From: Escherichia phage vB_Ec-G1
Sequence record: PQ433349.1
DNA: 64,000 nt
Reading direction: 5' to 3' (one strand)
Shown here: positions 9,849-20,200 of the stretch, piece after piece
Layout of the letters: each line of letters begins with the position of its first letter
Position numbering within the stretch: position 1 is the stretch's first letter
The notes under the pieces: generated by a model
Seen by the model: the letters and a program-made list of their open reading frames with translations, nothing else
Database searches by the model: none
What the model was told of the DNA's origin: nothing
Position numbers and translations under genes: made by a program

Positions 9849-11873
9849 ATGAATTTAACAAGACCTAATAGTGCGATAGCCGATCTGGTAGAAGCTACTT
9901 ATCGAAAACGTCGCAGCTTTGAGGCAGGTTTTACATTACGTAATTCCCGTGAAGTTTTGCTGTTAGCAGCAGAAGGGAATTATTACCAATGGAAAGGAAC
10001 TTTTCCTAAAGTAGTTCCAGCAAACTCTACGCCAGCCACCACAGGTGGTATTTCTTCCCTTGCATGGCAAAGTGTTGGGACCGCTGATGATATAGCAATT
10101 ATCAATGCCAAGTTTACGGCAATGCAGCAACAGATTGATGATCTGTCGGAAACAATACCTGAAGCTGGTAAATCGGCTTATCAGATCGCACTTGATAATG
10201 GTTTTGTTGGAACAGAAGCACAATGGCTTGCTTCTTTGAAAGGGGATACTGGTGCTCAACTTAATATTAAAGGATCATTAGCAAGCACTAGTGAACTACC
10301 ATCCACAGGTAACGTTGCAGGGGATGGTTATATCGTAGGTGATGTAATCTACGCTTGGGATGGTTCTGTTTGGAAACTTATTTCTTCTCTTGGGCCAGAA
10401 GGTAAATCAGCTTACGAGGTATGGTTGGCAGATGGTAATACAGGATCTGTTTATGATTTTCTTACCTCTATAAAAGGTGATAAAGGCGATGTTGGTCCTA
10501 CAGGGCCACAGGGAGCACCTGGTGTTAACGCCAACGGTTTTGATTATCGTGGGGATTTGCCTTCTACAAGTAACTTACCACAACCTAACTCTGAAAACGT
10601 AAGCCAAGCTTATTCTATCAATGGTAATCTTTATGTCTCTAATGGGACAGCTTGGGTCAACATGGGTAATATTGTTGGTCCTCAAGGTCCACAAGGTGAG
10701 GCAGGTAAAGACGGTCTAGATGGAACAGATGGGGATGAAGGGAAATCTGCATATCAAAGTTGGCTGGATGCTGGTAATGAAGGGACAGAAGTAGATTTTA
10801 TTGCCTCACTTAAAGGTCCAAAAGGAGACAAGGGTGATCAAGGAGAGCGAGGTCCACAAGGTGAACTAGGTCCACAAGGACCAGTGGGTGCAACAGGATC
10901 AGGCTTAGAGATTATCGGGGTTCTGAACAGTGAAGCTGAACTTCCTCCTACTGGAGAAGTAGGTGATGCATATAAAATTAATAATGATTTGTATGTTTGG
11001 GTTCAAGATGCTACGGAATGGATGAATGTTGGCAGTCTTGGAGGAACATCAATTACAGCTAAAGGTCATGTTCCGAACAGTGAAGCTCTCCCTGTTTATA
11101 ATAACTATGGTGATGCCTACTTAACTGAAGATACTAGTAATCTTTACATCTATACCTACGATCAAGACACCAATTCCGCATCTTTTGTTGACATGGGAAG
11201 TATTAAAGGCGACAAAGGTGAAAAAGGGGATAAAGGAGATAAGGGTGATCCTGGAACAAACGGAACCAACGGTACTAATGGGACCAACGGTAAGGACGGC
11301 GCACAGTGGTTTGTAGCAACAACTAATCCAGTCGCAGGTGATGGTGTTATCAATGATTACGCTTTCAATACTACCACTGGGGCAGTGTTTAAGAAAACAG
11401 ATTCTTCTACGTGGACACTTATAGGAACTCTTCCTAGTATACCAGAAGCCCCTCAAGATGGCTTGACGTATGGTCGTTCTGATGGAAACTGGATCGAAAT
11501 ATCAGGATCAGATCCTACGGAAGCTATAACACCAACTAGAGTTACAGCAGGTTTCATGGAACTTGAAACAACTACTGCCAACTCTGGAGCATCTTGGACT
11601 CCTTCTGGAACTTCCAATATGTATGTTGTTACAGTAACTGATGCTCTGACAGTTGGAGCATGGCCTGGTGTCACTGGCTCTACAAAACCTAAAGCGTTTT
11701 CAGCAATGATTTATTTGATTCAAGATACAACGGGACACACGGTTACACTAGATGCGTCTTATGGAGCACTAAATGATACAGAAATAGCAACTGCTGCTAA
11801 CGCAGTAACAATTTTGCAATTAACGTATCCTGGTGTGGGTGATATCGTGGACATGGTTGTTGTAACACGATAA
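9849..11873 (+). CDS. collagen-like tail fiber protein
   Basis: Several Gly-X-Y runs (GPQGPQGEAGKDGLDG, GDKGDQGERGPQGELGPQGPVG, GDKGEKGDKGDKGDPGTNGTNGTNGTNG). Confidence 0.75.
   Translation: MNLTRPNSAIADLVEATYRKRRSFEAGFTLRNSREVLLLAAEGNYYQWKGTFPKVVPANSTPATTGGISSLAWQSVGTADDIAIINAKFTAMQQQIDDLSETIPEAGKSAYQIALDNGFVGTEAQWLASLKGDTGAQLNIKGSLASTSELPSTGNVAGDGYIVGDVIYAWDGSVWKLISSLGPEGKSAYEVWLADGNTGSVYDFLTSIKGDKGDVGPTGPQGAPGVNANGFDYRGDLPSTSNLPQPNSENVSQAYSINGNLYVSNGTAWVNMGNIVGPQGPQGEAGKDGLDGTDGDEGKSAYQSWLDAGNEGTEVDFIASLKGPKGDKGDQGERGPQGELGPQGPVGATGSGLEIIGVLNSEAELPPTGEVGDAYKINNDLYVWVQDATEWMNVGSLGGTSITAKGHVPNSEALPVYNNYGDAYLTEDTSNLYIYTYDQDTNSASFVDMGSIKGDKGEKGDKGDKGDPGTNGTNGTNGTNGKDGAQWFVATTNPVAGDGVINDYAFNTTTGAVFKKTDSSTWTLIGTLPSIPEAPQDGLTYGRSDGNWIEISGSDPTEAITPTRVTAGFMELETTTANSGASWTPSGTSNMYVVTVTDALTVGAWPGVTGSTKPKAFSAMIYLIQDTTGHTVTLDASYGALNDTEIATAANAVTILQLTYPGVGDIVDMVVVTR
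11209..11297 (+). repeat. tandem 9-bp repeats encoding GDK/GTN collagen triplets
   Basis: gataaagga-type and ggaaccaac-type units repeated 3-4 times within the fiber gene. Confidence 0.6.
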
Positions 11874-11875
11874 CA

Positions 11876-11901
11876 GAAGCCCCGAAAGGGGCTTTCTTTT
11901 T
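11876..11901 (+). terminator. intrinsic terminator
   Basis: gaagcccc gaaa ggggcttt hairpin followed by ctttttt. Confidence 0.7.
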
Positions 11902-11914
11902 ATGGAGGGTTTAA

Positions 11915-14587
11915 ATGTTTCCAATTCCAATATTTACTATTATGACCAGCACTGGTGTCGTTCCTCTGCCAGCAGGTATTGTTAAAAAAGTAATTACTTT
12001 AGATTACCCAGATAACGCTGGTAATTCTAACAGCAGTTTAGCAATTTTGCTTAATGATGGTAGATTGTTTACTCAAGGTGCAAACCTCTTTGGTGAGATT
12101 GCAGATGGAACTCGTAGTGCACGATTCAATAATTTCCACTTAGCTTCTACTGTAGTAGCAGATGTGTTTACCGCAGATCGTTGTTTTGTTATTAAAACTA
12201 ACAGTGGGGGATGGCAATATTCAGGATTGACAGCAGGGTTGGTAGGATCTATAGCAGCAGGTGGTACGGATGCATGTGTAACTACTTGGACCAGCTTTCC
12301 ATCTGTGATAACAGGGACTATTTCTTTAGCCAATCTTAAAGAGGTTAAAGGAGGGTATAACAATACTCTCTGGTTAATGAATAGCGGCGTTCTTTATGGA
12401 TCGGGTCAAAACACAGTAGGCAGTTTAGGTGCAAGTACTACTAACGAAGTTTCTACTCCTCGTCAGATAACAAGCGCAGCAGTTGCTTTTGATGCAGGTT
12501 ACAACCAATGCTCTTATGTCAACAATGTGGGAACCTTGCGTGTTTGTGGAGCTAGTAAAGGTTTAGCAGGTAATAATAACACAACAACAGCTTTTGTCAA
12601 TGCCAAGATATCCGCTACTGAAACAGTGTATGTCAAAGATTACATCAATACAGTTTCCCAGACAATAGTTGTAGGAGATACCTCCGGTGGCACGGGTACA
12701 GTAAACTACTTATATGTTAGATCTAATACAGAAACAACCTACACTAAACTGGATACCTTTGCAGCAGGTTTCTCAACATGGAAGTTTCCACCAAGCCGCC
12801 ACTCTTTTTTCGTTGGGATCAATAATTCCTTGTGGGCTATTGGTAAGAACTACACTGCAAACTTAGGTTTGGGGTATGATTCTGCGAGCGGAGATCCACT
12901 CCAAGTGGGAAAACCAGTTAAACCTGAAGGAGTGGGTTCCTGGGATATAAACAAGCTCACAAGCGTTCATACGCTGAATATGGATGTTACTAACCAATTA
13001 GGTTATCAAGGAACCTTTTTCGTTTATAATGGAGATATGTATTATTCCGGTATTTGGAAAGATGGGAAAGCCTCGTATCTGTTCAATAGTGGTCTAAACT
13101 ATAATAAATTCACACCAATAGCAAGCTCCGTGATTACGGGTGATATTCTGGCAACTGGTTTAACTACAGATTCTTTAGGAATTTGTATTGTAGGTGGAAC
13201 TAAACAGTTGACACATTCTGTTAGCCCAGAAGGAGGTAAACTTTTCAATATTAAATACACTTCTTCTGCCCCTCCAAACATGACAATATCATCTACTGGT
13301 TTAATGACTTTCCATGCAGAAGGTGGTTTTGATGCAGGTATGACAGCCTTAAACGCTGAAGGAACAACTTTATCAGATACCTCTGGAGGATATGCTTCAA
13401 CATTGAGCGTTTACACCCCTAGCTTATCTGCGATGGATGTAGGAACAACACAAACAATGGTAGCAGAAATAACACCAACAGGAGCAGCAAGCTTACCTGA
13501 TATGGTTGTTGAGTATACAACTACAGATCCTAATGTTGCTACAGTAGATCCTACAACTGGTGTAATAACTGGTGTTGGTGATGGTGGTTGTAGGATTGGT
13601 TGCACAGCTACGTATCAAGGTGTTGTTACCGCTTCTGATAGTTCTTATTTAACGGTGAATGCTGTTGCGGGAAAGGAGTTAGCTCCATCTCCGAGTAGTA
13701 GTTTAACGGTTCTAAACGGATATTTCAACCACTCGGCAGATGGGGCAATTACGTTCCCAACTTTATCGGGTACTGTTACACCAGCTAACTTTGTAGTTAA
13801 GGTGGATGACGTTGTAGTTCCTTCAAGTAAAGTAATATTTAGAAACAAAGCTTTCTCTACAGTGGATAGTTATCCAGCAGGAGAATATAGACTGACTATT
13901 GAATTTGCAAGTGCTTCAGTAGTTAATAGTGTGGAAGTGTCTATGGAAGCAAACCCAAGTCTTTTAGAACTTTGGGGCGGTAATAGAATCAGTTATTCTA
14001 CAAGCCCAGCCTCACAATTCTTAAAAGGTTGTGCTAACTTAAGACGAATAACTTCTGATTGTTTTAGTAACACATCTTACACCGGAACATCTATAAGCGG
14101 TATCTTCTCTGGCTGCACAAGTTTGACAGCTATCCCTGAAGGATTATTCAGTGATGCTTTATTTCCTTCAATGACAACAATGTCAAGCACGTTTGAAGGT
14201 TGTACATCTTTAACATCTATTCCTTCAGATTTATTTAAGAATCTGTCAAAAGTTACAAGATATTCTTACACCTTTAAAGATTGCACCTCTCTTGCAGAAG
14301 TTCCAGCAGGAATGTTTGATAATATTCCAACGAAAGTGACCTCTTTAACAGCTACATTCCAAGGTTGTTTAGGACTTACAGATTTTAATAAGATCTTTAA
14401 TGACAACCCAGGGTTAACTGTTTGTGGTAAACGTGGAGCATTATCTTCTTTCTTTAGTGGATGCACAAATCTTACAGGAACAGGAACAACATTAACAAAT
14501 ACATTAGGCGGAGTAGCTAATAGTTACCTATTCAGGTATTGCACAAAACTTTCTGATTATAACAACATTCCTTCGGGTTATAAATAA
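11915..14587 (+). CDS. tail fiber/adhesin with Ig-like (Big_2) domain and leucine-rich repeats
   Basis: 890 aa; Big_2-like segment (ATVDPTTGVITGVGDGG); C-terminal repeats FSGCTSLTAIPEGLF / FEGCTSLTSIPSDLF / FKDCTSLAEVPAGMF. Confidence 0.6.
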   Translation: MFPIPIFTIMTSTGVVPLPAGIVKKVITLDYPDNAGNSNSSLAILLNDGRLFTQGANLFGEIADGTRSARFNNFHLASTVVADVFTADRCFVIKTNSGGWQYSGLTAGLVGSIAAGGTDACVTTWTSFPSVITGTISLANLKEVKGGYNNTLWLMNSGVLYGSGQNTVGSLGASTTNEVSTPRQITSAAVAFDAGYNQCSYVNNVGTLRVCGASKGLAGNNNTTTAFVNAKISATETVYVKDYINTVSQTIVVGDTSGGTGTVNYLYVRSNTETTYTKLDTFAAGFSTWKFPPSRHSFFVGINNSLWAIGKNYTANLGLGYDSASGDPLQVGKPVKPEGVGSWDINKLTSVHTLNMDVTNQLGYQGTFFVYNGDMYYSGIWKDGKASYLFNSGLNYNKFTPIASSVITGDILATGLTTDSLGICIVGGTKQLTHSVSPEGGKLFNIKYTSSAPPNMTISSTGLMTFHAEGGFDAGMTALNAEGTTLSDTSGGYASTLSVYTPSLSAMDVGTTQTMVAEITPTGAASLPDMVVEYTTTDPNVATVDPTTGVITGVGDGGCRIGCTATYQGVVTASDSSYLTVNAVAGKELAPSPSSSLTVLNGYFNHSADGAITFPTLSGTVTPANFVVKVDDVVVPSSKVIFRNKAFSTVDSYPAGEYRLTIEFASASVVNSVEVSMEANPSLLELWGGNRISYSTSPASQFLKGCANLRRITSDCFSNTSYTGTSISGIFSGCTSLTAIPEGLFSDALFPSMTTMSSTFEGCTSLTSIPSDLFKNLSKVTRYSYTFKDCTSLAEVPAGMFDNIPTKVTSLTATFQGCLGLTDFNKIFNDNPGLTVCGKRGALSSFFSGCTNLTGTGTTLTNTLGGVANSYLFRYCTKLSDYNNIPSGYK

Positions 14588-14617
14588 GAAAAGGAGCCAT
14601 TTGGCTCCTTTCTTTTA
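14586..14617. terminator. bidirectional intrinsic terminator between convergent modules
   Basis: aaggagcc atttg gctcctt hairpin flanked by A-run and T-run. Confidence 0.7.
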
Positions 14618-14651
14618 TTCAGCGTTCAACCTCATACACTTGAAACAAACC

Positions 14652-15578
14652 TTAGAAGCAATGCAGGAAGTTTCTACCATATTGCAGTCCAATAGGGGCA
14701 AATGGAATATCATCATCGAAGTCCATTGGAGGTTCTTCTTGATTACTTGGTTCTGGTTGTGGTTCAGGTTTCTTCTCTTCTTTCTTCTCTTCTTTCTTAG
14801 GTTGTTCTGCGGAACCACGAATGGCAGCAGCAACTTTATCAGACAGAGCCAGAACTTTACGAGCAGAATCAATCAGATCTTCTACAGATACAGTCTTAAT
14901 GGTATGGTCTTTACAAGCATTGAGAATAGCGTGACCAACAGATGCCCCAAGATCATAATCATTAATATCAACGCCACGAGATTCAGCAATTTCAGATTTC
15001 AGCGTGACAGTTGCAGATTGAACAACCCCAGCGATATCGAAAGCATCGCCTTTAACACCATTACGAATCAGTTCCAGTGCACCATTTACTGCGTGACCAG
15101 TTTCCAGACCTACAGTATCACGTTTTTTATAGGACTGTTTAGGAGCAGCATCGTTGGAACCTTTATTGCCAGAAGATTTGTTAGACTTCTGAACACCATC
15201 GGTAGACAATACTGTAATACGAGATTTTTTAGTATTGTAGTAAGTTTTACCGCCTTTATTATCAACGCGATCAATATCAATACTTACTTCTACACCTTTT
15301 TCAATAGTGATCCAATTATCACCTTCTTTGACTTGCAGGTTTTCATAACCTTCTTTCAGTTCAATATCACCAAGAGAAATCCAAACACCTTTCTCATCTG
15401 GTTTAGCACCTTTCTCTTTCAGAACAAGAGAAGCTCGGTGAGTTGAAACAATCGTTTTTCCTTCCCAATGAAAAGTTTTAGGTTCAGCGAATTTATCCAG
15501 TTTAACGTAGTCTACGATACCAGTTGCATAAGTTACGGTTTTGCCTTTACGATCAGTTTCAGTATTAATTACGGACAT
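14652..15578 (-). CDS. single-stranded DNA-binding protein-like
   Basis: 308 aa; KEEKKEEKKPEPQPEP linker then acidic DFDDDIPF motif (E. coli SSB-Ct-like), followed by 15 more residues. Confidence 0.55.
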   Translation of the reverse strand: MSVINTETDRKGKTVTYATGIVDYVKLDKFAEPKTFHWEGKTIVSTHRASLVLKEKGAKPDEKGVWISLGDIELKEGYENLQVKEGDNWITIEKGVEVSIDIDRVDNKGGKTYYNTKKSRITVLSTDGVQKSNKSSGNKGSNDAAPKQSYKKRDTVGLETGHAVNGALELIRNGVKGDAFDIAGVVQSATVTLKSEIAESRGVDINDYDLGASVGHAILNACKDHTIKTVSVEDLIDSARKVLALSDKVAAAIRGSAEQPKKEEKKEEKKPEPQPEPSNQEEPPMDFDDDIPFAPIGLQYGRNFLHCF

Positions 15579-15594
15579 TATTATCTCCTCTACA

Positions 15595-15987
15595 TTACAT
15601 TAATTTTGCACAGAAAGAGCGGAGTCTTTCCATATCATCTTGCTCTAACAGGTATTTACCTTTACCTATTCCAACTCCAATTTCACCATTAGGGAAATGA
15701 ACTATTTGCACTGGAAAACCTCCGAGTTTAATTGTGGCAGCTTTGCCTTCTTCGTCTATAACGTTTCGGATTGTATCTTGCAGTGAAATGAATTCTTTGT
15801 TTGTAACAGTGGTTTCAATTATTTCAGATGCTTCAACACGAGCAGTTAGCTTCTTGTTTCCACCTTGAATAACCAAAATCTGAAAATAAAAAGAGTTGTC
15901 AAGACCTACAACATTTTTCTCAACTAGTGTTAAACTGGTATAGTTTCCATAAACAGTTTCAACAGCTATCTTAGAACGTTCAGTCAT
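15595..15987 (-). CDS. hypothetical protein
   Basis: Track ORF 130 aa in replication module. Confidence 0.5.
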   Translation of the reverse strand: MTERSKIAVETVYGNYTSLTLVEKNVVGLDNSFYFQILVIQGGNKKLTARVEASEIIETTVTNKEFISLQDTIRNVIDEEGKAATIKLGGFPVQIVHFPNGEIGVGIGKGKYLLEQDDMERLRSFCAKLM

Positions 15988-16032
15988 TGAATGCTATCCT
16001 ATCATAAAATGTTTAATATTGTCAAGCTTTAA

Positions 16033-16626
16033 TTACCAAGGAATATCATCTTCTTCTAATCTGGTATCTACTTGAGGTGGACGTGGAACCTTAACCTCTT
16101 TCACAAAACGAAGATATGGGAAACGTGTAGCAATTTTAATAACATGTTTGGCATCTTCTCTAACATCTTTGTGCAAGAAGCAGATCCCTGTTTCCAAGGT
16201 TGTTTCAAAATCTTTAGAATAATAACAGTCCTTCCCATCAAATGCAGCCTGGCAGATGGATAGATCGAACTCATTTAGAAAGGTTGTCATTACGCTTGGT
16301 TCCATAATCATAAGGTTGCAAAGCTGACCATCACGTTCAAACTCAAAAACGTGTTTAAGACCAGTAACACCCTCGTAGTTATCCGAAGCTTCTTTGTTTC
16401 CTAATTTACGAACATTAGTTCCCATCAAAGCAGATGCAATCAATTCTTGTATTTGCTCTTCTGATCGATGTGCAGGAAGAGACGTGTAAAAATCCAGATC
16501 ACGTCCAGCAATATCAAGAATACGCCAATCACGAACAGCGCCGCCAGCCAAGACAGAATTAGGATCAGCAATCTTTAATACGGTAAGAATTTCTTTGGCA
16601 ATATTGATTTGTTTTGATTTAGTCAT
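16033..16626 (-). CDS. nucleotidyltransferase (Pol-beta superfamily) with acidic DDIPW C-terminus
   Basis: GGAVRDWRILDIAGRDLDF matches GG[AS]VRD...DxD head motif of CCA-adding/polyA-polymerase class; ends EEDDIPW-stop. Confidence 0.55.
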   Translation of the reverse strand: MTKSKQINIAKEILTVLKIADPNSVLAGGAVRDWRILDIAGRDLDFYTSLPAHRSEEQIQELIASALMGTNVRKLGNKEASDNYEGVTGLKHVFEFERDGQLCNLMIMEPSVMTTFLNEFDLSICQAAFDGKDCYYSKDFETTLETGICFLHKDVREDAKHVIKIATRFPYLRFVKEVKVPRPPQVDTRLEEDDIPW

Positions 16627-16837
16627 GGATACGCTCCACAGTTACTTTTACAACATCGTCCATATTAATCTCATCCCCCAAGACCTCAATAACACCTTCC
16701 TCATAAAGTCGAGCACATTCTTCCCACACTTCAGCTTCCGTCATTCCACCTGCAATCTTATTTGCAAGACCTTTAATAACATCTTCATTTTGTTCATCAA
16801 CAAGAATTGAAACATTAAAGCTCACTAATTTACGCAT
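16619..16837 (-). CDS. hypothetical protein
   Basis: Track ORF 72 aa, start overlaps neighbour. Confidence 0.4.
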   Translation of the reverse strand: MRKLVSFNVSILVDEQNEDVIKGLANKIAGGMTEAEVWEECARLYEEGVIEVLGDEINMDDVVKVTVERIHD

Positions 16838-16847
16838 TGTTTTCTCC

Positions 16848-17015
16848 TTATACTTCTAAACGGAAAGTTTCTTTAGATACAAAATCGTATCCACCTTTTT
16901 CAAGCCAGTCATTGTAAACCTCATCGGCTTGAGACTCTATCATAAAATACCGAGTGATAACTTCGTCTCCGACAATACGCACAATTTTATAGCAAATCAT
17001 GATACCATTTCCCAT
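16848..17015 (-). CDS. small hypothetical protein (about 55 aa, not in ORF track)
   Basis: ATG overlaps upstream stop (TAATG); stop 10 nt before next ATG. Confidence 0.35.
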   Translation of the reverse strand: MGNGIMICYKIVRIVGDEVITRYFMIESQADEVYNDWLEKGGYDFVSKETFRLEV

Positions 17016-17206
17016 TAATCTTCCTCCAGATCAATTTCATTATAACAATGTATGCAGAAACCATCATTGTGCATATGTTGTTCATAGGACATATCTTTAC
17101 CACAAGACCAACAACGGATATCCCCATCGTCCCATTCACGTTCTTCTTCACCTTCAAATTCATCTGGTAGGTAAGGCATACCAAGACAATCTAAATCGTA
17201 ATGCAT
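17015..17206 (-). CDS. zinc-ribbon protein
   Basis: CWSCGKD...CIHCYNE (two CxxC pairs), acidic ends. Confidence 0.45.
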   Translation of the reverse strand: MHYDLDCLGMPYLPDEFEGEEEREWDDGDIRCWSCGKDMSYEQHMHNDGFCIHCYNEIDLEED

Positions 17207-17254
17207 ATCTCCTCCTATAAAGGGGCAGAAGCCCCTTATAAAACAATGAGTTAA

Positions 17255-20200
17255 CTAGTGACAGGACGCCCAGGAGTTACCCACATCATATCCGGCAGTA
17301 AGCTGAACATTAAGATTGTAAAATTCTCCAGCCTTAGTAACAGCTAAAGCAGCAAGTTCACCTGCCCGACTATAGGCTGTAAACCATCCACCTTTGGGAG
17401 ATTCATGAATGTTAGCCCAAATTTGCCCTGTCTCTTTTTCCTTATTATGCTTCCATTCTTCAACTTTAGCAAGGCATTCTTTATCAATTTTCTTTTGTTC
17501 TTCAGGATCGTCTACTTTCTTCCAACCTAATGATTCAGGTGAAAACCATTTAAATTCTACAAGGTTACGAGAAACTTCAAGCTGGGCTTCATCGTGATAT
17601 GCAATCATTTGTTGCACGAAGTCTTTATTCTTCCAGTCATCTTTAAAGAAGTCAACACTTAGCCCTTCTTCTTCGATCATGTCGTCATAAATAACCATTG
17701 CACGTTTAGCACAGATAACCCCACCACTTTGGAACAGAGAGTTAAGAATCGCGTGAGCAGAACGAGTAGGAACCTTACGACCGTCAATACCCAAAACATA
17801 CTGTTTACCAGTCTTAACCCAGAAATCGTTTAAACGTTCTTTAAGACGCGCCAGTGGGAATGCAGCTTCCCAGAAAGCATCGAACACCAACTGACCTGTA
17901 AACTTATCGCTACCAATTGTTTTAGCAACCTTGTCGGCTTGTGCACCATAAGTAATACCATACTTAACAGATTTAGCAGGACTACGTTCAAATTTACGTC
18001 CAATAGTTTCAGTGATACGTTTTGCCATCATTGTGTGAACATCATTAGGTTTCTCTAACAACAGAGCGTTACAATATTCATGTGGCTCCGGCTCGTACCG
18101 CCAACAGTTTCCTGTGATGGTAATGCAGTCTTTCTGACGCATGACCCACGTACCAAGTTCTGTTTGTGGACACCAAACATCCTCTACACCCCACTCTTCA
18201 ATAGTCAAACTTTGAACAGGAATGTGAGAGCGGTTAGCCAATGTTACCACTTTTACTTTCTGCTCTTTTGTATTGAAAGCTACAGAGATATTGCCTCCAT
18301 GCACCAGGTACGAGGCAGTTAAAGCTGCTTCAAAAAGTTCACCTGGGTTCTGCGCCCAACGCCAAACAGGTTTTTGTTTATGTTCATGCCAGTAACCATC
18401 TGCAATCAAGAAACCTTCCAAGAAAGCTACACGCTCGGCATGAGACATATTAACTACACGCTCTACCCACGGAACATCCCATTTACCTTGTTGAACAGAA
18501 GTTAAACTATTTACCTGATCTTGTTCCATGTTAAATGGAGCATTACAAATAATATTATCTCCTGTGCAAAGCTCGGCAGTTGTTCTGACTTTAGGCACAT
18601 AAGTATTCCCTTTACTACGGGTATTAACATACCAACGGTGATCTGCTGTTGCACGGTAAGTGTGTGATTTCCCTTTAATCTCAAACGTCTTACTATTTTT
18701 ATAGAAGACCTTACCTTTTACTTTAGTCCATTCTTTCAGACCTGTTTCAGCATTGTACCCTAAAATCTCATCCCCTTCCTTCAGGTCGTGATATCCTACC
18801 CAACCTTTACGAGTCAAAGCTTGAGCATCCATCGGCACACAGTAGTGTGACTCAATCTTTGCTTCCAAAGAGTCGAAGTCATAACCGATCTGGAAGTATT
18901 TAGGAACTTCTACACCAAACAAGTTACGCATCTCCCATCCAAACAAAGATGTGACACGAGGAATATTAGCTACAGATCTATGTTTCATACGAGAGGTTGC
19001 AGCATCACATGTAGCGGCTGGGGTAGGAATACGCCCATCTGCCCTTACTGCGGCTAAGAAACCTTTATCGTATTCTTGATCTTCTTCATCTTCTTCCCAA
19101 TCAGCACCGCCACCTAAAATAGAGTTCCTACGATGCTTATACGTTAAGTATTCTACAATCTGTGTAGCATAGGGAAATTTCTCACCCAAAGCTTGCAAAT
19201 TGGGACAGATTTCTTTTTCCTGACCTTTGGTAAAACATGGGTTAGTCAATACTTTAAGACCGCGACCTTTACCTTTTGCTATACGCTCTTGAATCTTCCT
19301 TTCCAAGGTTTCCGGTGTGCACTCCAGATGATCACAACGGTCCTGACAAAAATTAGAAGATAAAGTTTGCTCAACGTAAGCTCGAATACCTTTCTGAAGT
19401 TCTTCCTCACTCTTTTTAATCTTGGTGCCAGATTTAAGAGTCAAATCTTTATCTTTATATTCTGATGGTACCCAACCTAATCCTACAAGCCAGTTTTTAA
19501 TATGGGTTGTATCGTTCAATGTTGCAGGGATGTTAGGATCACACAGAGGCTCATCTGCTGCAACTGGCAGTTTCCACTCTTTCCCCAACATAACTAACCA
19601 CCAATCGCCATCCCTCTCTTCCAAATGACCATCATGTTTCTTAGCAAAATTGATCATATGGTTAGTTGGTTCTAGGTTCTTTTTAATTTGCAATTTAGGC
19701 GGAATAAAAGCTTTAAGATAACCTTTTGTTGCTGGTTTAGGTGGCAAAATAGGCTCAACGAGTAAACGAAGACGCTCCATTTCTGCATCCAAAAAAGCAA
19801 GGTTCTCTTCTGCTTGTTTCATGTTAAAAGCAAACCCACGGTGTTCCTGGCGTGTAATAATGTCTGCTACACGTTGTTCAAGTTCAAATGGACCTTCCCA
19901 TTTATCATAATCACCCCATTCTTCCATAAGGTAATTATATACGCTCGTATTGGCTTTGTTGTCATAGATACAGTAATAAAGCATATCCGCAGCAAAAGTC
20001 TTAAATCGATCTTCTTCTGGAATCTCTTTACGGAAATCTATTTTTACATCACCACCTGCTTTTCGAGAAAGTGCTGCCAAGCTATGTCCTGATTTGCCCT
20101 CAATCTTTCGATCTGGGTTTAACACTTTACTCAAAATCAAGGAGTCAATAAGTTTTACCTTATTTTTGCCCCACGTATTATATTTAACACTGTAATCTAA

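Noticed and set aside
14601-15446. 281-aa plus-strand ORF
   Set aside because: Antisense to the SSB-like gene; low-complexity Phe/Leu-rich translation and no RBS; typical shadow ORF.
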